From contig NC_086383.1 in NCBI RefSeq assembly GCF_036588685.1, forward strand, positions 19,158,001-19,222,000: DNA of 64,000 nt, read 5' to 3'. This document shows positions 1-14,300 of this stretch, one piece after another. This stretch comes from Mytilus trossulus. Taxonomy: Eukaryota. The translations under genes and the position numbers were made by a program. Position 1 is the first letter of the stretch; the number at the start of each line of letters is the position of its first letter. Below the pieces are notes generated by a model. That model was not told the DNA's origin. It was given only the letters and a program-made list of their open reading frames with translations, and ran no database searches.

Positions 1-101
1 TCATCATAAAATTTAAGATATCAAATTAAATTGCACAAATTATTGGTTTATAAAAATTAAACCTTATATGAAAAGGGTGAAAAATACAGATTTTATTATA
101 C

Positions 102-148
102 CTTGGTTGAAATAATCATCTTCTTGATTACATCACAAGTGTCTGAAG
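102..148 (-). CDS. Possible next exon (TSDTCDVIKKMIISTK)
   Basis: TAG acceptor and AAG|GTATAA donor, phase 1 start compatible with the previous exon, open frame. Weak pyrimidine tract and no recognisable domain. Confidence 0.35.
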
Positions 149-1231
149 CTACATTTAATTATATGTCAAGATAGATTTTTTATGTTTGAACAAAGGTCAT
201 TAAGGCATCAAAATTTAACCATGGAAATATTATATTCAACATATAATTATTCCATGATCAAACCAAATTTTCTTTGTTTCTATCTTTCCATGAGACACAA
301 TTTATCAATAGCAGTTTAAGATTAATCCAATTATTGTGACTTTTGCACCCGATTTACATACATCAGTTTGTATATACATGTACATATACATTTGTATTTA
401 AAACAACTCTAGCTAAAAATTATATAAGTTGCACTTCTGTTAATTATTAAAAACAATGCAATTTCGCATAGGAACTATGGGTACCTTTACAGCTCAAACT
501 ATGCCCTCTTTTACTATGAAGTTTCATATATTATTATTATACTCCTTAGTATTATATACTAAAATGGCAAGTTGTTGATATGTACTTCTATTTTATTCAA
601 AGGTCAAAACAAAAGGCCATGCAGCATATCCTTTTAACATTTACATACATTTAAGAATGGCTAAGAGTTTAAACTAATTTATACTTGATAATTCTGTAGT
701 ATATCCCTACCCGGGCTACCCTACCCATCATATGTCATATCTCATATCAGTATATACACAAAACAAAATATATATGAATAATATATCCCCTATAAAGAGA
801 CAGTCTGTGAAAAAACTGTCTTTGCAAAGTGCAACCTATAAAATGAATTGAACAACATTTTTAATGCTCCTGCTCTCTAAATTTTAACCTAACTATCACT
901 GTATCAAAGTTTTGTCTCCTCTCCAATTATTTTGAAGTCTTTTAAGAGATGTACATACATAGAACTCTTGTGTTTTATACCTGGAAATAATGATTTGCAA
1001 AGAAATCTTTTCTGGAAATTCTTAATGACTTCCAGTAAATATTATGTGGAAATTACCCTACCCTTGGAAAAAATCATGGAATTTCTTGTGCACTAATAGA
1101 CAAAAAGTTTGGAAATTTTTTGTCGAGGTTGGAAATTTGTCTGGAAATTTAGAAAAAATCAAGAAAAAAAAATCTGGAATTCCAATGTCTTCCATAGGGG
1201 GGGGGATGGATTATTTCTGGAATAGCCCATT

Positions 1232-1392
1232 TGGCACAACGTTTTGGAATTTTGAGTCCACAATGCTCTTCAACTTTGTATTTCTTTGGCTTTACAACTA
1301 TTTTGATATGAGCGTCACTGATGATTCTTATGCAGACGAAACGTGCGTCTGGCATATTAAATTATAGTCCTGGTACCTTTGATAACTATTAT
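1232..1392 (+). mobile_element. Fragment of a hammerhead-containing interspersed repeat (retrozyme/Penelope pLTR-like)
   Basis: Surrounds the hammerhead motif at 1312-1355. Boundaries approximate. Confidence 0.55.
1312..1355 (+). ncRNA. Minimal type I hammerhead ribozyme motif (slightly degenerate)
   Basis: gcgtca-CTGATGA-ttct tatgc agac-GAAA-cgtgcg-TC-tggcat: core boxes intact, near-palindromic stem III, GUC cleavage triplet, mismatch at the base of stem II. Confidence 0.7.
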
Positions 1393-2022
1393 ATGAAATG
1401 ATTTATTGCAATACTTAAGTACAATCATGGTAAAAATGAATGTAACTAATGTCTCCTAGAGTTTTTTGGTAAGATTCCTTATTAATTAAAAAATCCAACT
1501 GGGTTTAATTCTATTTGGATTTCATATGCATTTGAAGTGTGGATCATGTCCAATTAGACAATGACAAGGTTTTTTTTAACAACATCGACTACCCATGAGG
1601 GTGTTGCAAGGTCGTTCATGATAACTCCAAAAGCTTTTAAAACTTGAACCAAACCTATGAACATTGGTAATGTTATGAATATGGGATAACACCAATTTAC
1701 TCGGAACTACACAGACTTGGGTTAACTATTACCAGTGTTCATTCGGAAGACGACTACGTCATATCAAATAGTTCCGGGGTTTTCCATAGTATATTTGAGT
1801 CATTACCCAAGTTGTTATCCAGATCAAACGTCCCAAGTTGTCGAGCTGCCTAAAAGATAGCTAATGACTCAAGCCTAGGATTGTGATATTATAGGTAATA
1901 TATTGCATACACTATCCCTATAAAATCATTACAGTATTAAACATTTGATAATTTGACAAATTGTTAATCATAACAAACACATATGAATCTGATAGTCAAT
2001 TAAATAACTTATTTTTTCTTAC

Positions 2023-2367
2023 TACTAATTGGACAACTCTGTCCTTCCATCAAGGTTACATCATCAATAGCAACAATGGCGGGTGCTAAAAAGGAAGTGT
2101 CTCCATAGGCAACAAACTCAATAGTTGTCTCCCCTGCAGGAAGTTCAAAAGATCCTTCCAACCAATCATCAGTCTCCACATAGATTCCATTGGCATAGAA
2201 TACCAACTGCCTTACTCCAGATCTTCTTGAATAAACTTTCAGTTCTGCTGACACGCCCCCTTCCATGTTGTAATAGAATTTTACACATCCTCCAGGTGTT
2301 GTCAGATAAGGGGGAGAGGTCAAGGTTGCTGTCTGTCTACTGTCAGATGTGACAAACATGTAGTGAC
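2023..2367 (-). CDS. Exon, MAM14 C-terminal part (GHYMFVTSD...[17 protein letters not shown])
   Basis: CAG acceptor, GTAAG donor, 345 nt, phase 1-1. Confidence 0.93.
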
Positions 2368-5300
2368 CTGGAAAAAAAAAACAACATGAAAATTTATCAC
2401 ATCATAGACATTGACACATTATGAACAAGAACCTTTTAATAGTAGATATGCTCAAATTTCCATGACTCAACTATAAATAATTGTGATCTCTGACACATAT
2501 CTATTATCTTATTTTAGGTTTCCCAAAACCACTTTTTTGCAAAAATTTCAGTCTAGCTTTAATTACTATGACATTTATTCTTTTTATCTAGGGGTACAAT
2601 AAATTATCTTCAACTTAGACCCTGTTTACACTTGTAAAAAAAGATTATTTCCTGAGATAGATCGAGATCAATCTAAAAGAGATCAACCTGTAGTCTAATT
2701 TAAACGAAAAGATCAATCTTTAATCGGTCTTTAAAATGCACCTCCAGAGGTGGTTTTAAAAATATCAATCTTATTCGAATCGATCTTTCTTTAAGTGTAA
2801 AAGCTAAGATTAATTGCGAACTACCCTTTTTCAGGTGAATATTATATTTAGAATATGAAAATAAATCTGCGCATATTCAATTTATCAAATAACACTCTTT
2901 TGAAGTGTTTGGTTGGGGTTTGAATAGACAATTAGGGTAAAATAATGGTTAGGGTTCCAAAGAACTGAATATCTTGCCATCTTTTGCTATTAATAGCAGG
3001 CTCAACAAAAATGAGGGAAAAAAAATCAATTAAAATTTTTCCTCTAGAAACTATCTTTTGATTGTAAGAAGCTTCTGTCCAAAATTGGTAAAAATTCAGG
3101 ATAGTTTATGAATCAAATGAATGTTATAAAACTTCAGACTGTGTGTAATGTTAACTGGTAGAAAAAACTAAGTTCATTTATATGTAAAATACGGATTTTT
3201 CTTTCTTTTTTTCTTTACAAATTTCCTTCTGGATACTATCTTATAATCATAAACAAGCTTCTGTCCAAGTTTGTTAGAATCCAGGATAGTTTAAGAAAAT
3301 TATAAAAATATAGTATATATACCAATACACATAATTAACAGCGCCTGGTGATGTTTTATAGCCTGACCGGTTTTGGTCCATAAAGGACCTTCATCAGAGG
3401 CAGAATGGTGGATTAATGTTTGCACCCTATTTATATAGATATGGTAACCGGCAGTTGAGTTAACCGGCAGTTGAGTTGACCGGCGGTTGAGTTGATCGGC
3501 GGTTGAGTTAACCGGCGGTTGAGTTGACTGGCGGTTGAGTTAACAGGCGGTTGAATTGACCGACGGTTGAGTTGACTGGCGGTTGAATTAACCGGCGGTT
3601 GAGTTGACCGACGGTTGAGTTGACTGGCGGTTGAGTTGACCGGCGGTTGAGTGAACCGGTGATAAATCCCAGTGGGATTTTCCATGGTTACAGTTATCTA
3701 TATTTGGCTAATGTACATGTTACAGTAAACTTTTTGACATGTTACGGTAAACATTTTTACATTATACGGTAAACATGTGACCTGATGATATAACCATATT
3801 TGGGCTTTAGCATTCGATAAAGGGTGTTTAATCATTTAAGAAGTACATGGTAACCATTTAGTCTTGATCTTTGGCTTATGATACACCTAAATATCAAGTC
3901 TTGGAATAGTATTTCATGGTAGTTAACCGTCGGTCAATTCAACCGCCTGTTAACTCAACCGCCAGTCAACTCAACCGCCGGTTAACTCAACCACCGATCG
4001 ACTCAACTGCCGGTCAACTCAACTGCCGGTTAACTCAACTGCCGGTTACCATATCTATATAAATAGGGTGCAAACATTAATCCACCATTCTGCCTCTGAT
4101 GAAGGTCCTTTATGGACCGAAACCGGTCAGGCTATAAAACATCACCAGGCGCTGTTAATTATGTGTATTGGTATATATACTATATTTTTATGCTTTTACA
4201 TTTTTCTCACTGATACACATAGTTAATATGGCTTCTACTAAGGAAAACTCCATTTGGAGTTAATGTGTTTAGAGACTACTTATGTCAGTACACCTTTCCT
4301 ATATTGCCTAGTTTAAGAAAATTATTAAAATTTCAAAAACTTTAACCACAGAGTGAATATTTGTGGACACCACCCCCAACAATGAGGTTGACAGAATGTA
4401 GAATCACTATGTCTTGCTTCTTCGACTAAAGTCGAAGACTTGAAGGCGTGACAAAAAATAGAAAATAAAAAACAATGGGGTGTTAAAGTCATTTGAAACC
4501 TCAAATTACAAAAAAATATGCATATGTTTTTTATAACTAACTGGATAGTTTTCATTATACAACTTATGTACATATACTTTTTTCTGTGGAAAATTCTTTA
4601 ATTTGTCCACATTTAGAAGAAGTTTACTTATTCTTAATTGCTTGCTTCCAGGAAGCAATTCGCCAACATATTTTCTGTATGCATAGTGACCCGAGCGTAA
4701 CCCTCCACGTAAATCTCTGGTGATCGCAATACGCATGGATCTGTCATTGAAATAAACAAATATCTGATTATACATGTTAAACACGTGCTCAATACCCATG
4801 CTTTTTGTGATTTGTTTACTATAAGGTGACAATCAGTAAAACTCGGCTTTAAAACACGGCATTTAATGAGCAGCCACATTTGTTAAATAATAACAAACAG
4901 AGAGAAAAAAAATTGACGATTATTTGACATATATGCGAAAATAATGATAAAATCGTGCATAGAGGACTAAGTTTATGATATATACATGCATTGGATCAAG
5001 AATTGGATCAACATTATTTTTCACCACTCACTCATTTCATATGACTTTAAAATAGAATAATTGGCAAAAAAAAAATTGAGAATGGAGATTACTGTCTTAA
5101 TTCATTTAAGAACACAGATAATATGATCCCAAATTTAGAAATTATATAAGTGTAAATTCAGAAATTATTGCTTGCATTTATTATGCTATTTTTGACAAAA
5201 ATGTGATATAAATTTTTGCGATATTGAGAAAAATCCTGTTTAATTCATAACAAAAAAAAAATTCAAAATGCAACTTTAAATTAAAATTATTGCAAATATA

Positions 5301-8300
5301 TTATATTATATTTTCGCAAAAATAAAAACATTAATTTTTTTTTTTAAATTTTGCAGTATTTTAAATTGTCTATATGTTATTACCTGTGTGGTTACCAGCA
5401 CCCATGGTGTGATCAGCTGCTGGCAAATGGTGAACAAAAGCATCTCTCCAAATATAGCTACCAAAATAATATCCACATCCGTAAGGCTGCTCAAAGTCAC
5501 AACTTATGCTAATGGCTGAAATGGTAAATAGTATATAACTTCATTACCATGACAATTTATGTTACAAGTGTCAAATTTTAAGCATCTAAAATGTTTTTGA
5601 AGATCCATTGATGACCTTGGGCTGTTTTCAGCTCTTTGGTGGAGTTGTTGACTTTTTGACATATTCCCCATTTTAAATCACATTTTTAATAAAAATCGTG
5701 TGTCTTAATATTATATATAGATAAAGAAGACCTACATACTGCTGACTTGGCTTTATCAAATTTACCAGAAATCATATGCTCCTTTAGTGTAAGGTCCAAT
5801 AAGAATGTGTCCAAAGTACACCGATGCCCCACTTGCATTATTATTTTCCATGTTCAGTGGACTGTGAAATTGGGTCAAAACTTTAATTTGACATTAAATT
5901 AGAAAAATCATTATTAACCATAGGGAACATTTGTAATAAGTTTCAAGTTGATCTGACTTCAACTTCATCAAAAACTACCTTGACCAAAAACTTTAATCTG
6001 GGCAGACTGACGGATGAACTACCGGACACATAGACTGAAAAAACAAAATGCACCTAAGTTGGGTATAAAAAACAAATTCAAATCAACTTACGGCAGTCTG
6101 CCTCATCTTCACCAGAGGGACACTGGGAGATCTTATCACATTCTATCTTCTCCTCAATACATATACCATCTTTATGACAGGGTGACAGACCACTTGGACA
6201 AACTGCAAAGAAAAGAAAAACAAATTTTTCAATATACAAGATAAAATATATCATCTGTAAATGCAGTATGCAGGAAAAATTGCAACATGTGTTTATCATA
6301 TGTTTTCAAAACATATGAAAAACATATGTTGCAATTTTTCCTATGTACTATATATAAAAACTGCAGATTCAATTTGTTTATAATAAAAATTTCTTTGAAA
6401 ATATAATTAAAAATAAATATTTTGTAAATAAAAACAGCAGATGAGACTCTCCCAAGGTCAAATGAACATAAAAATCATCAGAACATATAGCACACTGAAT
6501 TTGCAACAAGGGCCAATATATGAATATCTTTTCCAAAATACAAGGATAGATAACACTTTTCAATGTGAATATAACTTTACTTTTTAATTTTTTAAAATTT
6601 AGAGGTTAATGTTATGACTAAACAGAGGTTAATATCATCCTTATAAAGAGGTCAATGTCATCACTATATAGAGGTCAATGACATCATTTTATAGAGATTA
6701 ATGTCATCACTATACATATGTCAATATTGTCACTATACAGAGATCAATGTCATCACTATACAGAGCTCAATGGCATCCCTACTGTAAATTCAGACACTTA
6801 TTATTGCGATTTTGCCATTTTAGACAAAATTCTACTTTAAATTTTCTTATGATTTCGAGAAAATCTTGTTTAATTAATATATAGTATTTCAAAATGCGAG
6901 TTTAAATTATTGCCTTTACAACTCTATCGCAATTTTAGCAATAATTAAAACCTTACAATAATTTCTGAATGTACAGTATATATACAGAGGTCAATATCAT
7001 CACTATACATTGGTCAATGTCATCACTATATAAAAAGGTCAATGCCATCACTATACAGAGGTCAATGTCATCACTTTACAGAGGTCAATGTCATTGCTAT
7101 ACAAAAGTCAATGTAATCACTATACAGAGGTCAATGTCATCACTATACAGAGGTCAATGTCATTGCTATATAGAGGTCAATGTCATCACTTTACAGAGGT
7201 CAATGTTATTGATATACAGAGGTCAATGTCATCACTATAAAGTTGTTAATATCATCACTATATATATATAGAGGTCAATGACATCACTATACAGAGGTCA
7301 ATGACATTGCTATACAGAGGTCAATGTCATCACTATAAAAAGGTTAATATCATCACTATATATAGAGGTCAATGCCATCACTATAAAGAGGTCAATCTCA
7401 TCACTTTATAGAGGTCAATGTTATCACTATGCAGAGGTCAATGTCATTGCTATATAGAGGTCAATGTAATCAATATATATAGTATCAAAGACATCACAAT
7501 ATAAAGGTCAATCTCATCACTATAGAGGTCAATGTTATCACTGTATAGAGGTCAATGCCATCACTTAACAGAGGTCAATGTCATCACTGTACAGAGGTCA
7601 ATGTTATCACTATACAGAGGTCAATTTCATTACTATATATAGATCAATGTCATCACAATATAAAAGTCAATATAGTCACTATACAGAGGTCAATGTCATC
7701 ACTAAACTGAAGCAAATGTATGAATATATTCCAAATGTACTGGCTGGTTATAACACTTTTCAGTGTGGACATAATTCTATCTTTACTTCAAACTAGAACA
7801 ATGGTATCACTATATAAAGGTCAACAGCATCCCTATATAGAGGTCAATATCAACACAATATAGAGATTAATGGCATTGCTATATATAGGTCAATGCATAT
7901 TTCATCCCTCAACAGAGGTCAGCCTCATCACTATATAGAGGTCAATGTCATCACTATATAGTGGTCAATATCAACACTATATAGAGATTAATGTCATTGT
8001 TATATATATGTCAATGTCATCACTATATAGAGGTCAATATCAACACTATATAGAGATTAATGTCATTGTTATATATAGGTCAATATCAACACTATATATA
8101 GGTCAATGTAATCACTATATAGGGGTCAATGTCATCACTATATAGAGGTCAATGTCATCAATATATAGAGGTCAATGTCAACACTACATATAGGTCAATG
8201 TCATCACTATATAGAGGTCAATGTCAAAACTATACAGAGGTCAATGTCATCACTATATAGGGGTCAATGTCATCACTATATACAGGTCAATGTCATCACT

Positions 8301-11300
8301 ATATAGAAGTCAATGTCAACACTATACAGAGGCCAATGTAATCACTATATAGGTCAATGTCATCACTATATAAAGGTCAATGTCATCACTTTATAGGTCA
8401 ATGTCATCACTATATAGAGGTCAATGTCAACACTATATATAGGTCAATGTGATCACTATAAAGAGGTCAATGTCATCACTATACAGAGGTCAATGTTATC
8501 ACTATACAGAGGTCAATTTCATTGCTATATATAGATCAATGTCATCACAATATAAAAGTCAATATAGTCACTATACAGAGGTCAATGTCATCACTAAACT
8601 GAAGCAAATGTATGAATATATTCCAAATGTACTGGCTGGTTATAACACTTTTCAGTGTGGACATAATTCTATCTTTATTTCAAACTAGAACAATGGTATC
8701 ACTATATAAAGGTCAACAGCATCCCTATATAGAGGTCAATATCAACACAATATAGAGATTAATGGCATTGCTATATATAGGTCAATGCATATTTCATCCC
8801 TCAACAGAGGTCAGCCTCATCACTATATAGAGGTCAATGTCATCACTATATAGTGGTCAATATCAACACTATACAGAGATTAATGTCATTGTTATATATA
8901 GGTCAATGTCATCACTATATAGAGGTCAATATCAACACTATATAGAGATTAATGTCATTGTTATATATAGGTCAATATCAACACTATATATAGGTCAATG
9001 TAATCACTATATAGGGGTCAATGTCATCACTATATAGAGGTCAATGTCATCAATATATAGAGGTCAATGTCAACACTATATATAGGTCAATGTCATCACT
9101 ATATAGAGGTCAATGTCAAAACTATACAGAGGTCAATGTCATCACTATATAGGGGTCAATGTCATCACTATATACAGGTCAATGTCATCACTATATAGAA
9201 GTCAATGTCAACACTATACAGAGGCCAATGTAATCACTATATAGGTCAATGTCATCACTATATAAAGGTCAATGTCATCACTTTATAGGTCAATGTCATC
9301 ACTATATAGAGGTCAATGTCAACACTATATATAAGTCAATGTGATCACTATAAAGAGGTCAATGTCATCACTATATAGAGGGCAATGTCATCACTATATA
9401 GAGGTCAATGTCAACACTATGCAGAGGTCAATATCATCACTATATAGAGGTCAATGTCATCACTATATAGAGGTCAATGTCAACACTATATAAAGGTCAA
9501 TGTCATCACTATATAGGTCAATGTCATCACTATATAGGTCAATGTCATCACTATATAGAGGTCAATGTCAACACTATGCAGAGGTCAATATCATCACTAT
9601 ATAGAGGTCAATGTCAACACTATGCAGAGGTCAATATCATCACTATATAGAGGTCAATGTCATCACTATATAGAGGTAAATGTCAAAACTATACAGAGGT
9701 CAATGTCATCACTATATAGAGGGCAATGTCATCACTATATAGAGGTCAATGTCATCACTATATAGAGGTCAATGTTATCACTATATAGGTCAATGACATC
9801 ACTTTATAGAGGTCAATGTCATCACTATATAGGTCAATGCCATCACTATATAGAGGTCAATGTCAACACTATGCAGAGGTCAATATCATCACTATATAGA
9901 GGTCAATGTCATCACTATATAGAGGTCAATGTTAACACTATGCAGAGGTTAATGTAATCACTATATAGAGGTCAATGTCATAACTATATAGAGGTCAATA
10001 TCATTACTATATAGAGGTCAATGTCATCACTATATAGAGGTTAATATCATCACTATATAGAGGTCAAGTTCATCAACTATACAGAGGTCAATGTCATCAC
10101 TATACAGAGATCAATATCATCACTATACAGAGGTCAATGTCATCAACTATACAGAGGTCAATATCATCAATATACAGAGGTCAATATCATCAACTATACG
10201 GAGGTCAATGTCATCACTATACAGAGGTCAATGTCAATACTAATCAGAGGCCAGTGTATAATTATCTATTCAAAACTTACCCAACGGAGGACAATCTCCA
10301 GGGGTTATTTTTACATCATCTATTCCAAAGTATTTAACATCATAGGCGTAATCATATAAACGAAAGTTGATTTCCATCCTTCCAGGAGCAATGGGCATCT
10401 GCAAATAAAATATTTGATGTAAACTCTTGATAGACCAAAAAGCCTTGTAAAATTTGTATATCAATTATATATAAGTTATATTGTGGGTTATAAATGTCTT
10501 CCAATAAAATAAAATACAAGTTTAAGGTGGTACACAACACTTTCACTTAAACTAATTTGGCTCGTTTAATTTTTATAAAATTTTGTCAAAGGATTTATTT
10601 TGACCCTTTAACAAAAATATAAAAATTTCACAAATTTTGAACCAACCGTTTTAACAGAAAATTACACTGGTAATATAGCAGTTTGACAAACACTAATTTT
10701 GATCAAGCTTAATATTCCTTTTACAACACAATGTACTTAAAACATTTAGCGGACTTTACAGATTCATCTCCATGTAGTGTTAGGTAACACCTTAAGACCG
10801 CATCAAGAGTTTGTGTTGTAACCTTTGAACTCAATATCATCCTATTCAAACTTGTTATCTCTGTAAAATGGAAAGTTTCCATAATAATATTCCTACTGTG
10901 ACACTAACCAAATTGCACCTATTTTGACAGTTTTTTCAACTACGTTTTTTTATGATGAAGACAAACATTTCCATTTGTGTATCCTTCTTTATTATATAAA
11001 TACACCAATTTGATTTTCAATTCATATGGAATCATAGAAAAATTGGTCTGAACTAGCCTCCAAACCATCAATGATTTTGTAATGAGGAGTACCCAAATTG
11101 CATCCATGCCTAAATTTGCATCGTCAAAAGTCAAATAACAAAGCTTTTGTTTATTTTTTTCAAATATTTTGAACAATTGGATATTTGTCCATGCTTAGTC
11201 TTTTTTTTTTAAGAAATGGATACTTGAAACATATTGTATTTGCTAATTTTAAAAAGATGATGTTTTAATAACGTGGCATGGCGATGTTTCAGTACATTTT

Positions 11301-14300
11301 GCTTTTTCAGTAAACACTTCATCTGTTGATAAATACTGTAAACGTTTTGTGTATATCTAAATATATTTACCTATGTTGAAAGACGTGCATACTATTGGAT
11401 CATAAAAATACAACTTATTTAGTCTCTAGGAAATCTTGTAAGATTTCCACTGCTATTTTTGCTAAATAGGTGCAATTTGGGTATTCGTTGCAATTTAGGT
11501 ACCGTTACGTTATACGTTAAAGCAATTAAAAAAAACCACTGCTTCTTTGTCTTTTATATTTTTTTTCAATGATATTCTAATAAAAAATATACTACCAATA
11601 TTAATAGTGTAAATTAGAAATTATTGCAAGGTTTTTATTATTGCGAAAAAAATGCAACAGATTTGTAAACGCAATAATTTAAACTTTATGTCTAAAATGA
11701 CAAAATTGCAATAAATGCAGGCAATAATTTCTGAATTTACAGTATCACATTAACCAAGGGAGCAAACTCTTACCTGTGTTGGTTTCCAAACATTGGACAA
11801 AGTTGTCATGGTCGAATAAACAGACATTGTATTGTTAAACATTGTGCTGTTAAATGTTCCATTTCTGGATATAATCTCAAGGTCAAGGTAACTGACCTCA
11901 AATTCAAATAAATTTACATGACCTATATAATATAGTGAGAGACACGAGGGGACTGTAACTTCTTCTACTGGAGAGCTGAAACTGAAACTGCTGCCAGCAT
12001 AACTGACCATTCCATAAAATGTGCCTGAAAATTAAAACAAAAAATTGAAATTTCAATGTTTGATGTGTTGATATTTAAAGGCAGTTCAATTTTTCAAATA
12101 ATTTATATATAGGAGAAAACTTTTTTTCAGATAATTTATAAATATATATAGGAGAAAACTGCAACCAAACATGGTTGTATACATTTCATTCAATTTCGTA
12201 AAAGTTTTTACTCTAAAAATAATATGTATTTGGTAGCTTTCAATTGTGTAATTTCTTTAAGTTTCTTCTTTTGCCACAGTTTCTAATAAACTTTCTATAG
12301 TTATCTCAACTAAAGTTGTCTCTCCTCTCTCAACCACACCCAGCAGGCACTCAACGTTTAATAAACGTTGAAATGAGGTTGAAATGTGATCAACGTATAT
12401 TCAACGTTGAAACAACATAACATTTTCAACGTTGAGGAATAAACCAACATTCAACGTTGAATAAACGTTGATCATTTCAACGTTGCAATTGGAACGTTGA
12501 TTCAACATTGAATCAACATTAACTTATTTACTCATAGAAGGCCTATATAAAAAAATCATTATCAGAAGGCAATATATGCATAACTGTAGAAGTATATATT
12601 TATAAAGAAAAGAATGAAAAAGAGTTTTGGGTTTCACAAAACAGTAAAGTACTAACTATTGGTCACTATTTCAACTTGAGTTTTGCGTCACCGTGACGGT
12701 ATGAGAAAAGGGGGGGAGGTACATGTAAGTCGTTTGATACTAAATTTCTAGGGAATAAGAAATATAATTTATTCATTTCATTTCACATAACTTTAATTTG
12801 AACATAAAGATAACAATGTAAAGAAATTTAAAATAGTTGATTATTCAAACGATTTCTTTCATTCATATTTTTGCGGGATTTGAACAGGAAGTTAGATTGC
12901 CCATGCGCATTATTCAAACACGCACCTTTCCTGTATTTGAAAAAGAACAACAAAGTCAAAGGACGAAGTCGAAAGAGAAACTTCCCGTTTATCACGTATA
13001 TTTATGGTATGTATATGTTTGCATGTGGCTATCACGGTTTGTCATATTTACGAATTGTGTTTAGAAACTCTAATTTGGTATCATATTGCACAATTAGAGA
13101 AAATTATAACGTCAACATTGTATTCCAGAAAACAGATCAGAACACATGGAAGGGCCATCATATATAACTTCCTCCAATTATACTATTTCTAAGAGCATTT
13201 AATGTGGAAAGCATATTTAGTTTCATTTTAAAGTTTAGGTAAAGATTGTTACAAATATTATGCTTAAAGATTCATATAAGAAAAAGGGGGGATAAGCAAG
13301 TGTTTACATTATTTTGCTCAGGTAAATTTCCCAACATGTTTACTTTATACTATATATATGCGATTCTTTTAGTTTAACTTTAAGGCTTGGTAAATCACAT
13401 ACTTTTTGACAATCATATTAAACAATGAATTTCAACTGGACAACACAGTATTGAATTTGAACGATCATGGAAAATTGATACTTTTATTGTTTTATTTTTA
13501 CAAAAACAAGTCAGTCTGAGCCTTTACTGATCTTCAGGCCTAGGTGATCTCTAACTCTGAGTAATGTGAGAAATGCATGTTTACTTTAATGTGTACGTAA
13601 CCTTGTTTTGAATGTTATAGCAGTACATTATCTGATATCATGAACATGTATTATTTATTTTACAGAAGCTTGTCAAACAGATCAATGGCTAAAAGGCATC
13701 AAGTGGAGCAAAATTAAAATTCAGTTTTGGGAATTCCAGTCTTTAAAATCATCAAAGGTAGGTTTTTTGTCTGTATAGCTATATACCATTTGTGTCCAAA
13801 GATTAATCTTGTTTATTCTAATTTTGTTTACCTTACATACCATAATATGTTTGTCTTTATATCTAAGCTATTCTAGTAAAGCTCTTTATTTTATGTTAAT
13901 GAAATTGTGCAGTCATCAATAAAAAAAAACATCTTACTTAGGTAAAGTGTTTTCATTGTTATCAATAACATAGTGAAACCCACAGTCTTACAAAACTTAG
14001 GTTGAAGCTTCTTCATTAACAAAAAACTACTAATAGTAAACATTAATGTATATATTTTTATTAATGATTATCTTATTACAATATGTGCTTCGTCATTATG
14101 GTTTTATTAATTTTGAATGCTTCTAGAAACAAATTAAAAGTGGCTCAAATTTAAAATATCTTTTCAGGACATACAATTTATATTTATTATATATATATAA
14201 TCTGATTTTTTCCAGAGTTTAAATATACTGCAAGAGTAAAAAGATGTCACTTGGAAATACTTATCTGATAAAGACCACTCCAGCTTAAAATTTACCGCTG

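Larger units (their letters stand above)
3304..4308 (+). mobile_element. Non-coding Penelope-like retroelement insertion (inverted arm + direct arm + 3' tail), 17-bp TSD
   Basis: ~265-bp inverted arms (about 3302-3567 and 3925-4191), each with a hammerhead motif. Flanking direct repeat TAGTTTAAGAAAATTAT at 3287-3303 and 4309-4325. Confidence 0.75.

Noticed and set aside
981-1040. Possible extra minus-strand exon ending CCAG|GTATAA
   Set aside because: No convincing acceptor or domain-like translation, and it borders a GGAAATT-rich repeat fragment.
3431-3685. Repetitive 84-aa ORF ([16 protein letters not shown])
   Set aside because: Translation of the 16-bp minisatellite inside the Penelope-like insert.
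6969-10337. Cluster of short [12 protein letters not shown]-type ORFs
   Set aside because: Translations of the 23-bp satellite.
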